Part shown: piece after piece, positions 11,771-23,196 of the stretch | How the letters are laid out: every line of letters begins with the position of its first letter | Numbering within the stretch: position 1 is the stretch's first letter | NCBI GenBank assembly: GCA_030141605.1 | Contig: JAQGDQ010000809.1 | Coordinates: forward strand, 1 to 64,000 | DNA: 64,000 nucleotides | Origin: Tubiluchus corallicola | Taxonomy: Eukaryota > Animalia > Priapulida | Direction: 5' to 3' | Notes under the pieces: generated by a model | Seen by the model: the letters and a program-made list of their open reading frames with translations, nothing else | Told to the model about the DNA's origin: nothing | Database searches by the model: none | Made by a program: the position numbers and the translations under genes

Positions 11771-13485
11771 TTAAAACCTCTGGGATTCACAAACATCGAT
11801 GCCTCAGATGGTTCACAAGGAATGCTGAACGTAGCAAAAGTACAAGGCTTGTATAACAAGTACATATGCACGTTAATCAATGCGGATAGAACACCAGGCC
11901 TAGATACTGATAAGTATAACCTGTATAACAATATACTCTAACAGTATTGTTATAACAATTATAACAATAGACTTGTTTTAGTTTGCAGCAGTATACAATG
12001 TCAGTTATTGCATGTTTTCATCATACAAATCGTGAGGCACTCGAATGAGCGACGTCTTTACTGAAAAATATGTCAGTTGGTACTTTGAGACTTTGCGTCT
12101 CCAGTTATTTAGGCCAAACGTTTCGTTTCTGGTATGCACCCCACATCATCATCAGAGAGCAAAATTTGAGTCTGTTTTTGTAGAAAAATAACTAGAACAG
12201 TATAAAAAGATTTTCATTCTTATAACAGATTTCTACGATGTCGTAACCTGCGTTGGAGCTTTAGGATTAGATCATGTATCTATCGATAGTATCTTGGAAA
12301 TGATCAGAATTGCAAAACCAGGTAAGTTCCCGAACAAAAACACAATCGACTTGGTTATAACAACAATTTAACTCGTGTTTATAAAGAAAGTTAGAGTAAA
12401 GTTATTGCTGGGGGAATCCTTGAATAATGTCAAAATAACACAGAAGCTACAGCTGTTTTGGCTTTATAAAACTAGTCGTTTAGGTTTACTGTCTTTGTAT
12501 ATTGTGTCATATTGTGCTGTGTTGTGTTGTGTTGTGTTGTGTTGGGGTTGTGGCGTGGTGTGGTGTGCTGATGTTGTGTTGTGTGGTGTGGTGCAGTACA
12601 CGGCTGTTGTGTTGTGCCGTGCCATGCCCTGTCCTGTCATGTCATGTCGTATCGTATCGCGTTGTCTGTCATTTTCTCTCATCAATAAACTTTTATAATT
12701 ATATAAATGTGTCATAATAATGTTATAATAGTTATGAACTGATGTAAGCTATACAAACTATCTAAAATTAGGTTTACGCTTACTTTGTTTTTTGCTCAAG
12801 TTTGGCACTCTGCTAGTCGAGATCCACCACTCAATAATTTAATGTATATGCTTGCGACGGCACCGGAACATAGTTTATAACCGAGAATAGACCGCTAGGC
12901 TAAAAACCTGAACTGATAGATATGTCTCAGTCACTATATCCTTCTTGTACAAGATCAACTGTATGCATGTAAGATGCCCAGATGCAGTTTTCCTGATGGT
13001 CACCCATCACCGTTGAACAAGTGACCACTCAGCCATTCGCATGCATTATGTGCTTATATATTGCGATTTTGTACCTCCAATGACTTAGGCCAAACATTTT
13101 ATTTTTGGTATGCAGACGTTATTATCTAGCATGCACACCATCAAAAGAAAGCAAAATTTGGGTGCTTTTGTAGAAAAATAGTTACTTGACCAATGTAAAA
13201 TGATTTTCATTGAAATTCTTACACACTTACTGCTTAAAAGGTAACAGTGAGAGAATTGTATTTCTTCTAGTGTAACTCATTCATGTTTCAGGTGGGTTCA
13301 TATTGATCGTTTACGTGGATGACCTGAAAGAAGCAAGACTAGAAGACTTTCCAGAGTTTCAAGAACGTTTAGTGAAAAATGGTTCGTTGGAAATTGTGAA
13401 GGAACAGAAATTTCTAAAAATATATCCCAGGATGCCTGGCGCACTTGTTGTGTATAAAGTAAACGTGTCCGAAGCCAGAAAATAA
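11771..13485 (+). pseudogene. METTL27: METTL27 (WBSCR27)-like SAM methyltransferase, 3' exons only; first donor site non-canonical
   Basis: Exons 11771-11909 (LKPLGFTNIDASDGSQGMLNVAKVQGLYNKYICTLI), 12229-12321 (DFYDVVTCVGALGLDHVSIDSILEMIRIAKPG) and 13292-13485 (GFILIV...PGALVVYKV..stop) join in frame and match class I MTase motifs downstream of motif I. The donor at 11910 reads ATAAGT rather than GTAAGT. No exon carrying motif I was found in the window, so this could be a functional gene with distant 5' exons. Confidence 0.7.
12500..12670. repeat. Compound pentanucleotide microsatellite (TGTGT/TGTGG/TGTCA-type)
   Basis: GTTGT, GTGTG, GCCAT, GTCAT and GTATC runs inside the METTL27-like intron. 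Confidence 0.85.
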
Positions 13486-13679
13486 AATGTTTTCAACAAC
13501 AAATGCGGAAAGTTAGAAGCAATAGTAATGGTAGTGATGACGGTGGCGACAGTCACACTATGACAGAGCCTTCACATATTTAATAGAACAAAATGCCGTA
13601 TAAACTTATAGGCAGTACAGTTGTGTTTATTAAGTATTTTGGTATTTACATATCTATGTACAAAATAAGTTATAAAAGC

Positions 13680-16600
13680 AGGATTCGCCTCCAAGACCCT
13701 ACACGGTGACTTAGTCCTTGTATGCTGGAGGGGTTGACCTATGTACGCCGCCCCAGATGTAATTCAAAACCAGAGAAAGTGCAAGAAGTGCAACTAGGTG
13801 AAGCCATACCTTCGACTTCAACTCAACAACCAGAAGTTTTCATGGGACCATCAGGAATGGAAGGGTATGATCGAGTTCAAAACCTTGCAAACTACCTCGT
13901 TGCGATAAAAGGTTCAACTCCCAGGTGACAACCATTATTACACTGTGGAATGACCTCCATGATGTGGACAAGAGGCGGATCGACTATCCACCACGGCATA
14001 AGCCCCAGGTGATGAAGGGCCGCTTTGCACGCTCCAAATCTCAAGTTGTACCTGGACAGGAGAGTATTAAAATGTATATTATATTATATTTCATTTTATT
14101 TTTATTTCTTATTTCTTGTATTTTCTCTTGTATTTTTTGTGATTCCATGTGATTGAATATTTGTGTTTTTTATTCTCTAGGTGCTTTGTTGGAGGCAATG
14201 TGGGGCCAGCTCAGTGGCCAAGTGCAAGCAGGCTAGTTGAAGACATCTGCCTGAAGCTGTGCATTCTCCATCCACGCCCACTAAAGTCTCCAAAAACTCC
14301 GTCCAGTCCACGTAAGATGATTACCAGATGGAGGCTGATTCTAGAGGATTATGGCCAAATCCAGGAACTGCTATCGCCGAATCCAAAGGTGCAAGCTCAC
14401 ACCACGCTGCAGCTGTTTTACATCAATCAGAAAATGCTGATCGACTGGTAAGTTTACAGTGCATTTTTATTATTGACAATTTCACTGTTTAAAGCTGTGA
14501 CTTACACTGTATTTGTGATACACTACATTATTGTAACACTGTATATTGGTCCTTGCAGGTTCAACAAGAAAATGAGAGCGAAAGAGCAGGACACACTTGT
14601 ACAGGGTATGGACCTGCCATCACAGCCATTAACATCACCGCGTCCACTTCCACCGGCAAGTCAGCTTCCCGATGCACCTCCAGATTAGAATACCGGGAAA
14701 GGCAGTTCTACCTCCGAATACAGCTGGTGAGGCATCTGTAAGAAAGCGGAAGTTGCCTGATGATGGTCCTGGTGATGGTGACAAACCACCAAGTGCGCCT
14801 CGCTCAACAGCGTACCGCCATCAGTGCATGCGAGAAGAGAGGCAAGCTCCAAAGTACAGGCGCCTGAAGGCTTTCAACTGTTGCAAGAAATGTGGCTTGG
14901 AACGGTGTCAGCGTGGATACCTTTTTTGCCCAAATGAAGGTATCCCCTACGAGCAATGGTTGGAAGACGTCCTTGTCCGTATATCTGCAAAGAAGAAAGC
15001 AAAGGAGGAGGAGAAGCAGAAAGACAAGGACGAAGGAGAAGGAGAATGACCTGCACTTTAGAGCTTGCCTCTATAGCCAACTGTTGGCTATATGTGTTTT
15101 GTGTGTCCCAGCTGATGAAAGAACTAATCGTTTTGGTGTAAAAACCCGTACCATATGGAATTAAATGTACAAAGGCCACACGTTTGAGGTTGCTGGGACA
15201 CACGTTGTGTATTTTTTGTGTGTGTCTCCACTGGAGAAAGAACTAATCGTTTTGGTGTAAAAACCCGTACCGTATGGAATTAATGTACGAAGGCTGCACG
15301 TTTGAGGTTGCTGGGACACACGTTGCGTATTTTTTGTGTGTGTCTCCACTGGAGAAAGAACTAATCGTTTTGGTGTAAAAACCCGTACCATATGGAATTA
15401 ATGTACGAAGGCCACACGTTTGAGGTTGCTGGGACAGTTGCGTATTTTGTGTCTCCACTGAGAAACTAATCGTTTTGGTGTAAAACCCGTACCGTCTGGA
15501 ATTAATGTACGAAGGCTGCACGTTTGAGGTTGCTGGGAACGTTGCGTATTTTTGTGTGTCTCCACTGGAGAAAGAACTATCGTTTTGGTGTTATATGGAA
15601 TTAATGAAGGCTGCGTTTGAGGTTGGGAACGTTGTATTTTTGTGTGTGTCTCCACTGGAGAAAGAACCGTTTGGTGTAAACCCGTACCTATGGATTAATG
15701 TACGAACTGCGTTTGAGTTGCTGGGACACGTTGCGTATTTTTTGTGTGTGTCCCACTGGAGAAAGAACTAATCGTTTTGGTGTAAAAACCCGTACCGTCT
15801 GGAATTAATGTACGAAGGCTGCACGTTTGAGGTTGCTGGGACACACGTTGCGTATTTTTTGTGTGTGTCTCCACTGGAGAAAGAACTAATCGTTTTGGTG
15901 TAAAAACCCGTACCTATGGAATTAATGTACGAAGGCTGCACGTTTGAGGTTGCTGGGACACACGTTGCGTATTTTTTGTGTGTGTCTCCACTGGAGAAAG
16001 AACTAATCGTTTTGGTGTAAAAACCCGTACCGTATGGAATTAATGTACGAAGGCCGCACGTTTGAGGTTGTGGAGCATACATGAAGAGTACACCTGTATA
16101 CTATGTATACTTGTAAATAATTTATATATAATATTTATATATTAGCTAGCTAGTTCACTTGTAAACTTTGTATTGTATTTTTATATTTTGTATTTATTTT
16201 TTGCTGTGCACAGTTTTTGGGTTTTTTTTAATATTTTTTTCTGCCCCTACCAATCCAACTACCAAACACTACTAACTATAACTCATTTTCATTCCCTTCC
16301 TATCCATGCAGTTTTTATTTTTTTCCGCCATAAAAACTGTATACTGGTTTTTTGTTTTTGTACTGTGAACTGTATAACTGTGAACTGTATAACTTGTATA
16401 TCTGTATTTTTTCTGCACTGTATTTTTGTTTCAACATGTAATTTTGACTGTAATGTTTCTGTAATTTGTGGTTTTCATTTATATTGTGATTGCGGTTTCA
16501 TTCTAACCAGAAGTACAGTTTTTTGCTTAAACATATAGTATAAATGTAGTTTTTAAAACTGTCTATCTTGTTCTATCAGATAATAAAATAGAATAGTAAA

Positions 16601-17240
16601 ATAAAATAATAATAAAATGGAAAATAAAATAAAATGAGTAGTATAGTTATAAAAATGTTTAAAACCTTAAAAATAAAACCTTATAACCTTACAATCTTGT
16701 TTTCTTGTCTATGTTAGAATTGATTTTGCTGAATAAATAAATTATACACAGTATGTAAAGTGCCAAATAACATCAGAAACTTGTGAAAAGTAGTTTATGC
16801 ACCTTCAATTATGCATTCAAAAAATTACAGACATTAACTGAATTAAAACATTACATTCTGATTATGTTGAATGAGTTGCAAGGCACAAACTGTTAAAAAT
16901 GAATTACAAGGTGAATTAGTGTGAGAATTACCACATAAACAGGTATTCAATGCATCTACTAAACGTACGAAAAGCTATACTATTGCTTATGCTCAATAAA
17001 TTATCTTGGTCTGCTGACACGCCCGTGCTGTAACGAGGGGCCCCGGGTTCACACACCGCTGCGGCGAAACTTTTTCACCTCGCACAAAAGTAGCGCGATT
17101 TTTTATCAACGTGCGTACGGGACGAAGGAAGGTTCGAGCATGAAGTTCCACCGATTTCGGCTCGAATCCGCGCGAAAAAAAGTGACCTCGGCGGGACGCG
17201 AACCCGCAACCCTTTGCGTGCGACAGGGAAGATTGGGCGG
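13680..17240 (+). mobile_element. 5'-truncated spliced DNA-transposon relic, Dada/DUF6729-family-like (transposase C-terminal exons, 118-bp array, tRNA-like subterminal region)
   Basis: Degenerate spliced ORF. 13680-14073 gives PPRPYT(G)..GPSGMEGYDRVQNLANYL../ITLWNDLHDVDKRRIDYPPRH..GRF..PGQES. After a GT-AG intron, 14181-14447 gives GPAQWPSASRLVEDICLKLC..HP..TRWRLILEDY..TTLQLFYINQKMLIDW. After a second GT-AG intron, 14559-15049 gives LPPNTAG..PRSTAYR..CKKCG..FCP..EQWL. At least two frameshifts. Family assignment is from recalled motifs and the right boundary is approximate. Confidence 0.55.
15075..16075. repeat. 118-bp tandem repeat (~8.5 copies)
   Basis: GTTGCTGGG recurs at 15189 and 15307 (period 118); the unit contains GTCTCCACTGGAGAAAGAACTAATCGTTTTGGTGTAAAAACCCGTACC. 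Confidence 0.95.
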
Positions 17241-17499
17241 GTGCCTATGCGGGTCTATGAAATGTTCTTCTGGTTTGCAAATTATACCGCGTGGCTTATA
17301 GTCTTCTCTGGGGGTGGGGGGCGGGGAGTGGGGTAAAACAACAAATAATTGTACGGATTGACCTGTTACATGAAAGTACTACCCATGTATTAGTGGATCA
17401 GTCATACCGTCAAATTTTAATGTGCGAATGTCGTGGGTTTTGCCAGCTCGTAATCTTGGGAGTAGACCTAGATAGGTTTGAGCAGTGAGTTGAAGAAGT

Positions 17500-17570
17500 C
17501 AAGATCCCTCAACAAGATCCCTCCTCAACAAGATCCCTCAACATGATCACTCAACAAGATCCCTCAACAA
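17500..17570. repeat. 13-bp tandem repeat (CAAGATCCCTCAA, ~5 copies)
   Basis: Directly visible repetition. Confidence 0.85.
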
Positions 17571-18446
17571 ATTTTGCAAATGTCTCACAAGCTTATCCAT
17601 CTGAATGCTGATCAATGTAATGTTTCTAAGCGGCCATTTTGTCCTTCAAGAAAGTTTTTTTTACAACATAATAGATTCGCTATTCAACAATCTTTTGATG
17701 CAATAATTTTTTGTACCATGAGATAGTTTTGTGTCTATGTTAAGATACATGTGTATATTACCTCTATGCTATGTTTATTTTAGATAAGATTCTACTTGTA
17801 AAAGTGTGCTTTAGTTTTTTTAGATAGGTGTATTTTGCTGTAGCTAATATCATTTTTTACTTTATTAGTTGTGTTTTTATTCACTCCTACTGCACCGTCA
17901 ATGACTATAAAAAGCTTTAGTACGAAGTGAACGTCAAGCTCTGAACAGAATAAAACCTCCAAGAATGACAAATCAGGTGCCAATAACCAGTTTGTTCAAT
18001 TCAACTGAGGTTTATTTGTCTTGTGCAATTGAAAAATTTTTTTTGATGATTTATGCTAATATGATGGATAAAAGCTAGGTCATAATTTTTTTCATACACC
18101 CGTTTGAGTAGTGAGTTCGCACTTAAAACTAAGTTTTTAAAAAATCGTTTTACGTCTTTTGGTTTTAAAAAACTTTGTATCAGCTTTACACTGTAGCAAC
18201 GGCACGGATTCTGTGCATTACTTTAGTTGCTTCAGTTATTTATTATTAACAGAGTTCTACTATTCCAGCTTTTTTATAAAAAATGCTGTAGATTTAAATG
18301 TCAAAAATCCAAGACGAAGTGTATTTCTCTTTGATTTAAAAACATTCATTTATAAGAATGTCATTTTAAATAATCTCAGTCAATAATTTCAATTATAAAT
18401 GCTATGAAATTATCCAAAAACTGCACTATGCCTGCTGAAGTATAAA

Positions 18447-18699
18447 TGTAGCAGACTTAGCTTTTTTTGTTAATCTTACTTACATATTCGTGCACGAGGC
18501 GCCATCTGTGGCGGGAATGTAAAGCTTTTGGTTTTGGTCAGTTTTTCACCTGCTAGTCACCTGTCTGTTTTACTCACCTGTGCTCTGAACAGTCAGGTTA
18601 ATCCACTTTATGGGATATGTGAGACATTTATGTACTGATTATGTTACAATAAAGCATTCTTTGGTATTAACCTCTGTTGACAGTGTTTCTGTAACTACA
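18447..18699 (+). mobile_element. Solo LTR
   Basis: TGTAG...CTACA termini; identical 5-bp flanks ATAAA (18442-18446 and 18700-18704); internal AATAAA near 18648. Confidence 0.7.
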
Positions 18700-20030
18700 A
18701 TAAAGTACTAATAAAATGTTGTTCATTAAGTAACAGCATGCATGTAGTACGATATGTTTAACTCTTATATCAAAATTTCATTTTTTTGCATTAAAGTTGT
18801 ACCAGTTTGCTAAATATCCAACAATAATTTAAATAATAATTAAATTTAAATTTAAATTAAAACAGGTTAGTAAATTGGTTATTGTGAGTTATTTAACAAA
18901 TTGATGTCATCCTTGCAAAGTTGCTACATTAAGAATTTGACAACTGCATACAGTGTATGACATGTTCTTTGGCTTTTACGATTGTTTCTTTACTTTTATT
19001 TCACAAGGATGGCATAACTTTTCTCTTCAGCACATAGACGCAAAAAAACTACAGATTTTTGAACTTTTTCGATGATCTGTTTCCATCCTAGGGACGAACT
19101 CAAGGCCATGTGTTATCTTCATAGCAGGCCAGAAAGCAAGAGCTGCAAAGCTTTATAAATAATACATGCTTCTCCGGAGCAGTATTTACTCCATGTACTC
19201 TATGCCAGCCTCCGGACAGAAAACCGGAAGTGCTCCTGCCAAAAAGACGCCTCCACGAGAAGTTATTGAGAAGGAGAGCATCCGTTCTCATGTTGGCACA
19301 CCTGTAATTCTCTGCAGAGAATTTGACTCAAAATTTGTGATACATGTCCTGCTTGTTTTTGTTATAGTTTAAAATTTTATGTATCATTTTTGGAAATAAA
19401 AAGTACATTGTTATGTTGATTGTTTACGCTAAATGTGTTTCTTTTTTTATAAAAATATTGTATCAATACTCCTAAGGTCGAGCATACTGTGAATTATTTC
19501 ATTTATTTATGTATTTTATTTTCATTGAATAAGTTTTTCGTAATTTTTATAAAGAAACTAAAACATCAGAATATTGTCACGTGTAGTTTCCAAAAATATG
19601 AGTACGTGTAGTTTCCAAAACTGAAGCGCAAAAAGCCATGAATGTTCACGAAATGAATTTTTGTTTTATTAACTATATTTGCTGTTAACAGAGGGCAGCA
19701 CGACAATGAAAGCACGTGCAAGAATGCTGTAATCTCCTTCGTACATCAGTATGATCCAGCAGCTGATACCGCGCATGAGCAGTACAACAAGGTATCCTTG
19801 TATTTTACGTAGCAAATGTTATAAACGTGAATTTAGGTTCACTTATCTACTATTTATAAGTAGTTATTGTATGCAATTTATGTATGTTCCAATTTCATCA
19901 TGAAATGCTTATACATGTAACAGTGCAAAATTTCTGTTAATGTAAGACATGTGTCCTCAACACCAGCAAACACAGTGCTCAGTTAGCCTATCAGTCACGA
20001 GGTACTCTTGTTTTTGCTATGGCATCTAGT

Positions 20031-20090
20031 ACTAAAATTAAGCAACACGAAGCTTGGTCAGTAAATGGATGTGTGACGTGAAAGGAAAAC
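20031..20090 (+). other. Degenerate 5S rRNA internal-control-region fragment (5S-derived SINE head or 5S pseudogene piece)
   Basis: TTAAGCAAC....GC..GGTCAGTA..TGGATG.GTGAC aligns without gaps to the invertebrate 5S box A/IE/box C segment TTAAGCAACGTCGGGCCCGGTTAGTACTTGGATGGGTGAC (recalled consensus). Confidence 0.6.
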
Positions 20091-20183
20091 TATTTCTATT
20101 TTAGCGCAATAACATTTTAAGAACAAGTCATATCATTTCATCAAGCAATTTATTTGCAATGGAGAAAAAGAATATCAAGTCAA

Positions 20184-21686
20184 ATAATCAATAGCAGGCC
20201 CTCTCTACACACACTATTTTGTATAGTGGAAAACATAATCAATAGCAGGCCCTCTCTACACACACTATTTTGTATAGTGGAAAACATAATCAATAGCAGG
20301 ACCTCTCTACACACACTATTTTGAATAGTGGAACACATAATCAATAGCAGGCCCTCTCTACACACACTATTTCGTATAGTGGAAAGCATAATCAATAGCA
20401 GGCCCTCTCTACACTCACTATTTCGTATAGTGGAACACATAATCAATAGCAGGCCCTCTCTACACACACTATTTTGTATAGTGGAAAACATAATCAATAG
20501 CAGGCCCTCTCTACACTCACTATTTTGTATAGTGGAAAACATAATCAATAGCAGGCCCTCTCTACACTCACTATTTTGTATAGTGGAAAACATTATCGAT
20601 AGCAGGCCCTCTCTACACACACTATTTTGTATAGTGGAAAACATTATCAATAGCAGGCCCTCTCTACACACACTATTTTGTATAGTGGAAACATTATCAA
20701 TAGCAGGCCCTCTCTACACACACTATTTTGTATAGTGGAAAACATAATCAATAGCAGGCCCTCTCTACACTCACTATTTTGTATAGTGGAAAACATAATC
20801 AATAGCAAGCCCTCTCTACACACACTATTTTGTATAGTGGAAAACATAATCAATAGCAGGCCCTCTCTACACACATTATTTTGTATAGTGGAAAACATAA
20901 TCAATAGCAGGCCCTTTCTACACTCACTATTTCGTATAGTGGAACACATAATCAATAGCAGGCCCTCTCTACACACACTATTTTGTATAGTGGAAAACAT
21001 AATCAATAGCAGGCCCTCTCTACACTCACTATTTTGTATAGTGGAAAACATAATCAATAGCAGGCCCTCTCTACACACACTATTTTGTATAGTGGAAAAC
21101 ATAATCAATAGCAGGCCCTCTCTACACTCACTATTTTGTATAGTGGAAAACATAATCAATAGCAGGCCCTCTCTACACACACTATTTTGTATAGTGGAAA
21201 ACATAATCAATAGCAGGCCCTCTCTACACACACTATTTCGTATAGTGGAAAGCATAATCAATAGCAGGCCCTCTCTACACTCACTATTTCGTATAGTGGA
21301 ACACATAATCAATAGCAGGCCCTCTCTACACACACTATTTCGTATAGTGGAAAGCATAATCAATAGCAGGCCCTCTCTACACACACTATTTTGTATAGTG
21401 GAAAACATAATCAATAGCAGGCCCTCTCTACACACACTATTTTGTATAGTGGAAAACATAATCAATAGCAGGCCCTCTCTACACTCACTATTTTGTATAG
21501 TGGAAAACATAATCAATAGCAGGCCCTCTCTACACACACTATTTTGTATAGTGGAAAACATAATCAATAGCAGGCCCTCTCTACACACACTATTTTGTAT
21601 AGTGGAAAACATAATCAATAGCAGGCCCTCTCTACACACACTATTTTGTATAGTGGAAAACATAATCAATAGCAGGCCCTCTCTAC
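20184..21686 (+). repeat. 51-bp minisatellite (~29.5 copies) derived from BEL/Pao integrase coding sequence
   Basis: Unit ATAATCAATAGCAGGCCCTCTCTACACACACTATTTTGTATAGTGGAAAAC encodes LHTLFCIVENIINSRPS and runs directly into the integrase tail. Confidence 0.95.
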
Positions 21687-22188
21687 TACACACACTACTA
21701 CACACACTTTCTGATGATCCTGCAGACTTTAACCCTTTGACGCCAAATCACCTTTTGTGAAACCAGCCTACCACCTGGCAAATTTGTTTCGGCAGACATC
21801 TACAGAAAGAAGTGGCGGCAGATTCAGCATTTAACAAATGTCTTCTGGCATCGATGGCGAACTGAGTATTTGCCAATGTTACAGTACCGCTCTAAATGGA
21901 ACAAAGAGAGAAGGAACATCCAAGATGGAGATGTCGTTCTCATCATGGACAATGCTCCCAGAAATTGCTTGCTGCTAGGGCGCTTGATTGAAAGACATTT
22001 TAGCAATGATGGATTAGTTTGAAGTGTCACCCTCAAGACCATCATGGACTTCTACGAAGACCCATCCACAAGCTCTGCCTGATAGAAAGTGTATATGATG
22101 ATTAGTTTTGTTAGTAACTGACACATTACTTAAAATGTTAATTAAATGGGATAATGTAAATGCTAAAAGGAAGCATTTAAGGGGGCGG
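21687..22188 (+). mobile_element. BEL/Pao LTR retrotransposon, integrase C-terminal region (DUF5641-like) and PPT; degenerate
   Basis: SDDPADFNPLTPNHLL*, then LPPGKF..DIYRKKWRQIQHLTNVFWHRWRTEYLPMLQYRSKW..NIQDGDVVLI..LGR..DGLV*SVTLKT..RPIHKLCLIE. Polypurine tract AAGGGGGCGG lies immediately before TG at 22189. Confidence 0.9.
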
Positions 22189-22640
22189 TGTGCTGATTTA
22201 AACTTGTATAGCCCCCTGTTAGTGATATAAATTGGTTTCCTTTTAAACAGGTCATGTGACTAGTCTTTTACCTGTACACTTACCTGTAGATTGGAGTAAC
22301 TCAGGCATTCACGCACTGCAGTGACAGATTGTTTAGCGTCATTCATTGATTCGTTGTTATAATTTCATAATTACACTTATAGAAGATCACCATGTAAGTT
22401 GATTTATTAATTTCTCAAATCTTGAACCTTTGTTTAGTAAAAAGACTAGATTAATTAGACTAGAGATTAGATTTTATAATTTGTGTAAAACTTCGCTAAA
22501 GTTAATTAGATCAATTTGGTTTAGATTTCGCTGTAAAATTGAGCAAAATTATATAAAATTATCTTATTTGTTTTCAGATTAAACGATACAAGCTACACAA
22601 TTATGTTGTTGGAGATTTTTTTATAAGAAGGTAGCATACA
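22189..22640 (+). mobile_element. 3' LTR of the BEL/Pao element
   Basis: Begins TGTGCT directly after the PPT; the plausible end AGCATACA at 22640 is an imperfect inverted terminus, so the right end is less certain. Confidence 0.65.
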
Positions 22641-23196
22641 GTGATTAAATTCTGCCAACACTTTTTACATTTAGTTTCAATCAATGCTAATATTTCGACA
22701 TATTTTGAGATGAACTGAAAACTGAACAACGACATACGTAAGCTCTATCTTGACCTAAACAGACATTCTGCCTCAAGAAAAAAGACTGCGGACTTTAACC
22801 TAATGAAGCGGTCATTAGCGACAATAACGTAGATTAGCTAGAACTCAGTTAAAATAAGGTTAAGTGGCAATAAAACAGGTAAAATGCTCTACGCTGTGTA
22901 GATTTAAATTACTGCACACTTTAGTGTTTACAGCTATGATATCAGTGAATAAAAACCGAAACAGAATATGCTAAGTACAATCACGAGACTAAGACTAAGA
23001 CTAAGACTACCATTGTGATTGAGATTGATAGAACGTGTTCAATCATCACGATAATCAATGATGAAATGTTAATGTTGTGTTCGTGGAATAATCCTGCAAT
23101 TATTCTCCACATTACTGTGTTTCCTTCGGGCTTTCGGAGTTTATCAAAAATAAAGTGAATCTGTGTGTTTTAGACTGCAAAGTCATATGAATAGCG

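Noticed and set aside
12110-12160. Minus-strand CTGATGA...GAAACGTT (minimal hammerhead candidate)
   Set aside because: Stems I and II do not pair convincingly; a related copy at ~13085-13180 lacks the core.
15075-16082. 118-bp array as CRISPR or as coding ORFs
   Set aside because: No spacers; ORFs are short and inconsistent between copies.
17007-17240. Functional tRNA genes
   Set aside because: Only 3'-half/B-box-like similarity; no complete acceptor stem or D-arm could be folded.
20180-21760. Long repetitive ORFs as host proteins, or the array as a CRISPR locus
   Set aside because: Head-to-tail 51-bp repeat with no unique spacers and no cas genes, in eukaryotic context; it derives from a BEL/Pao integrase.
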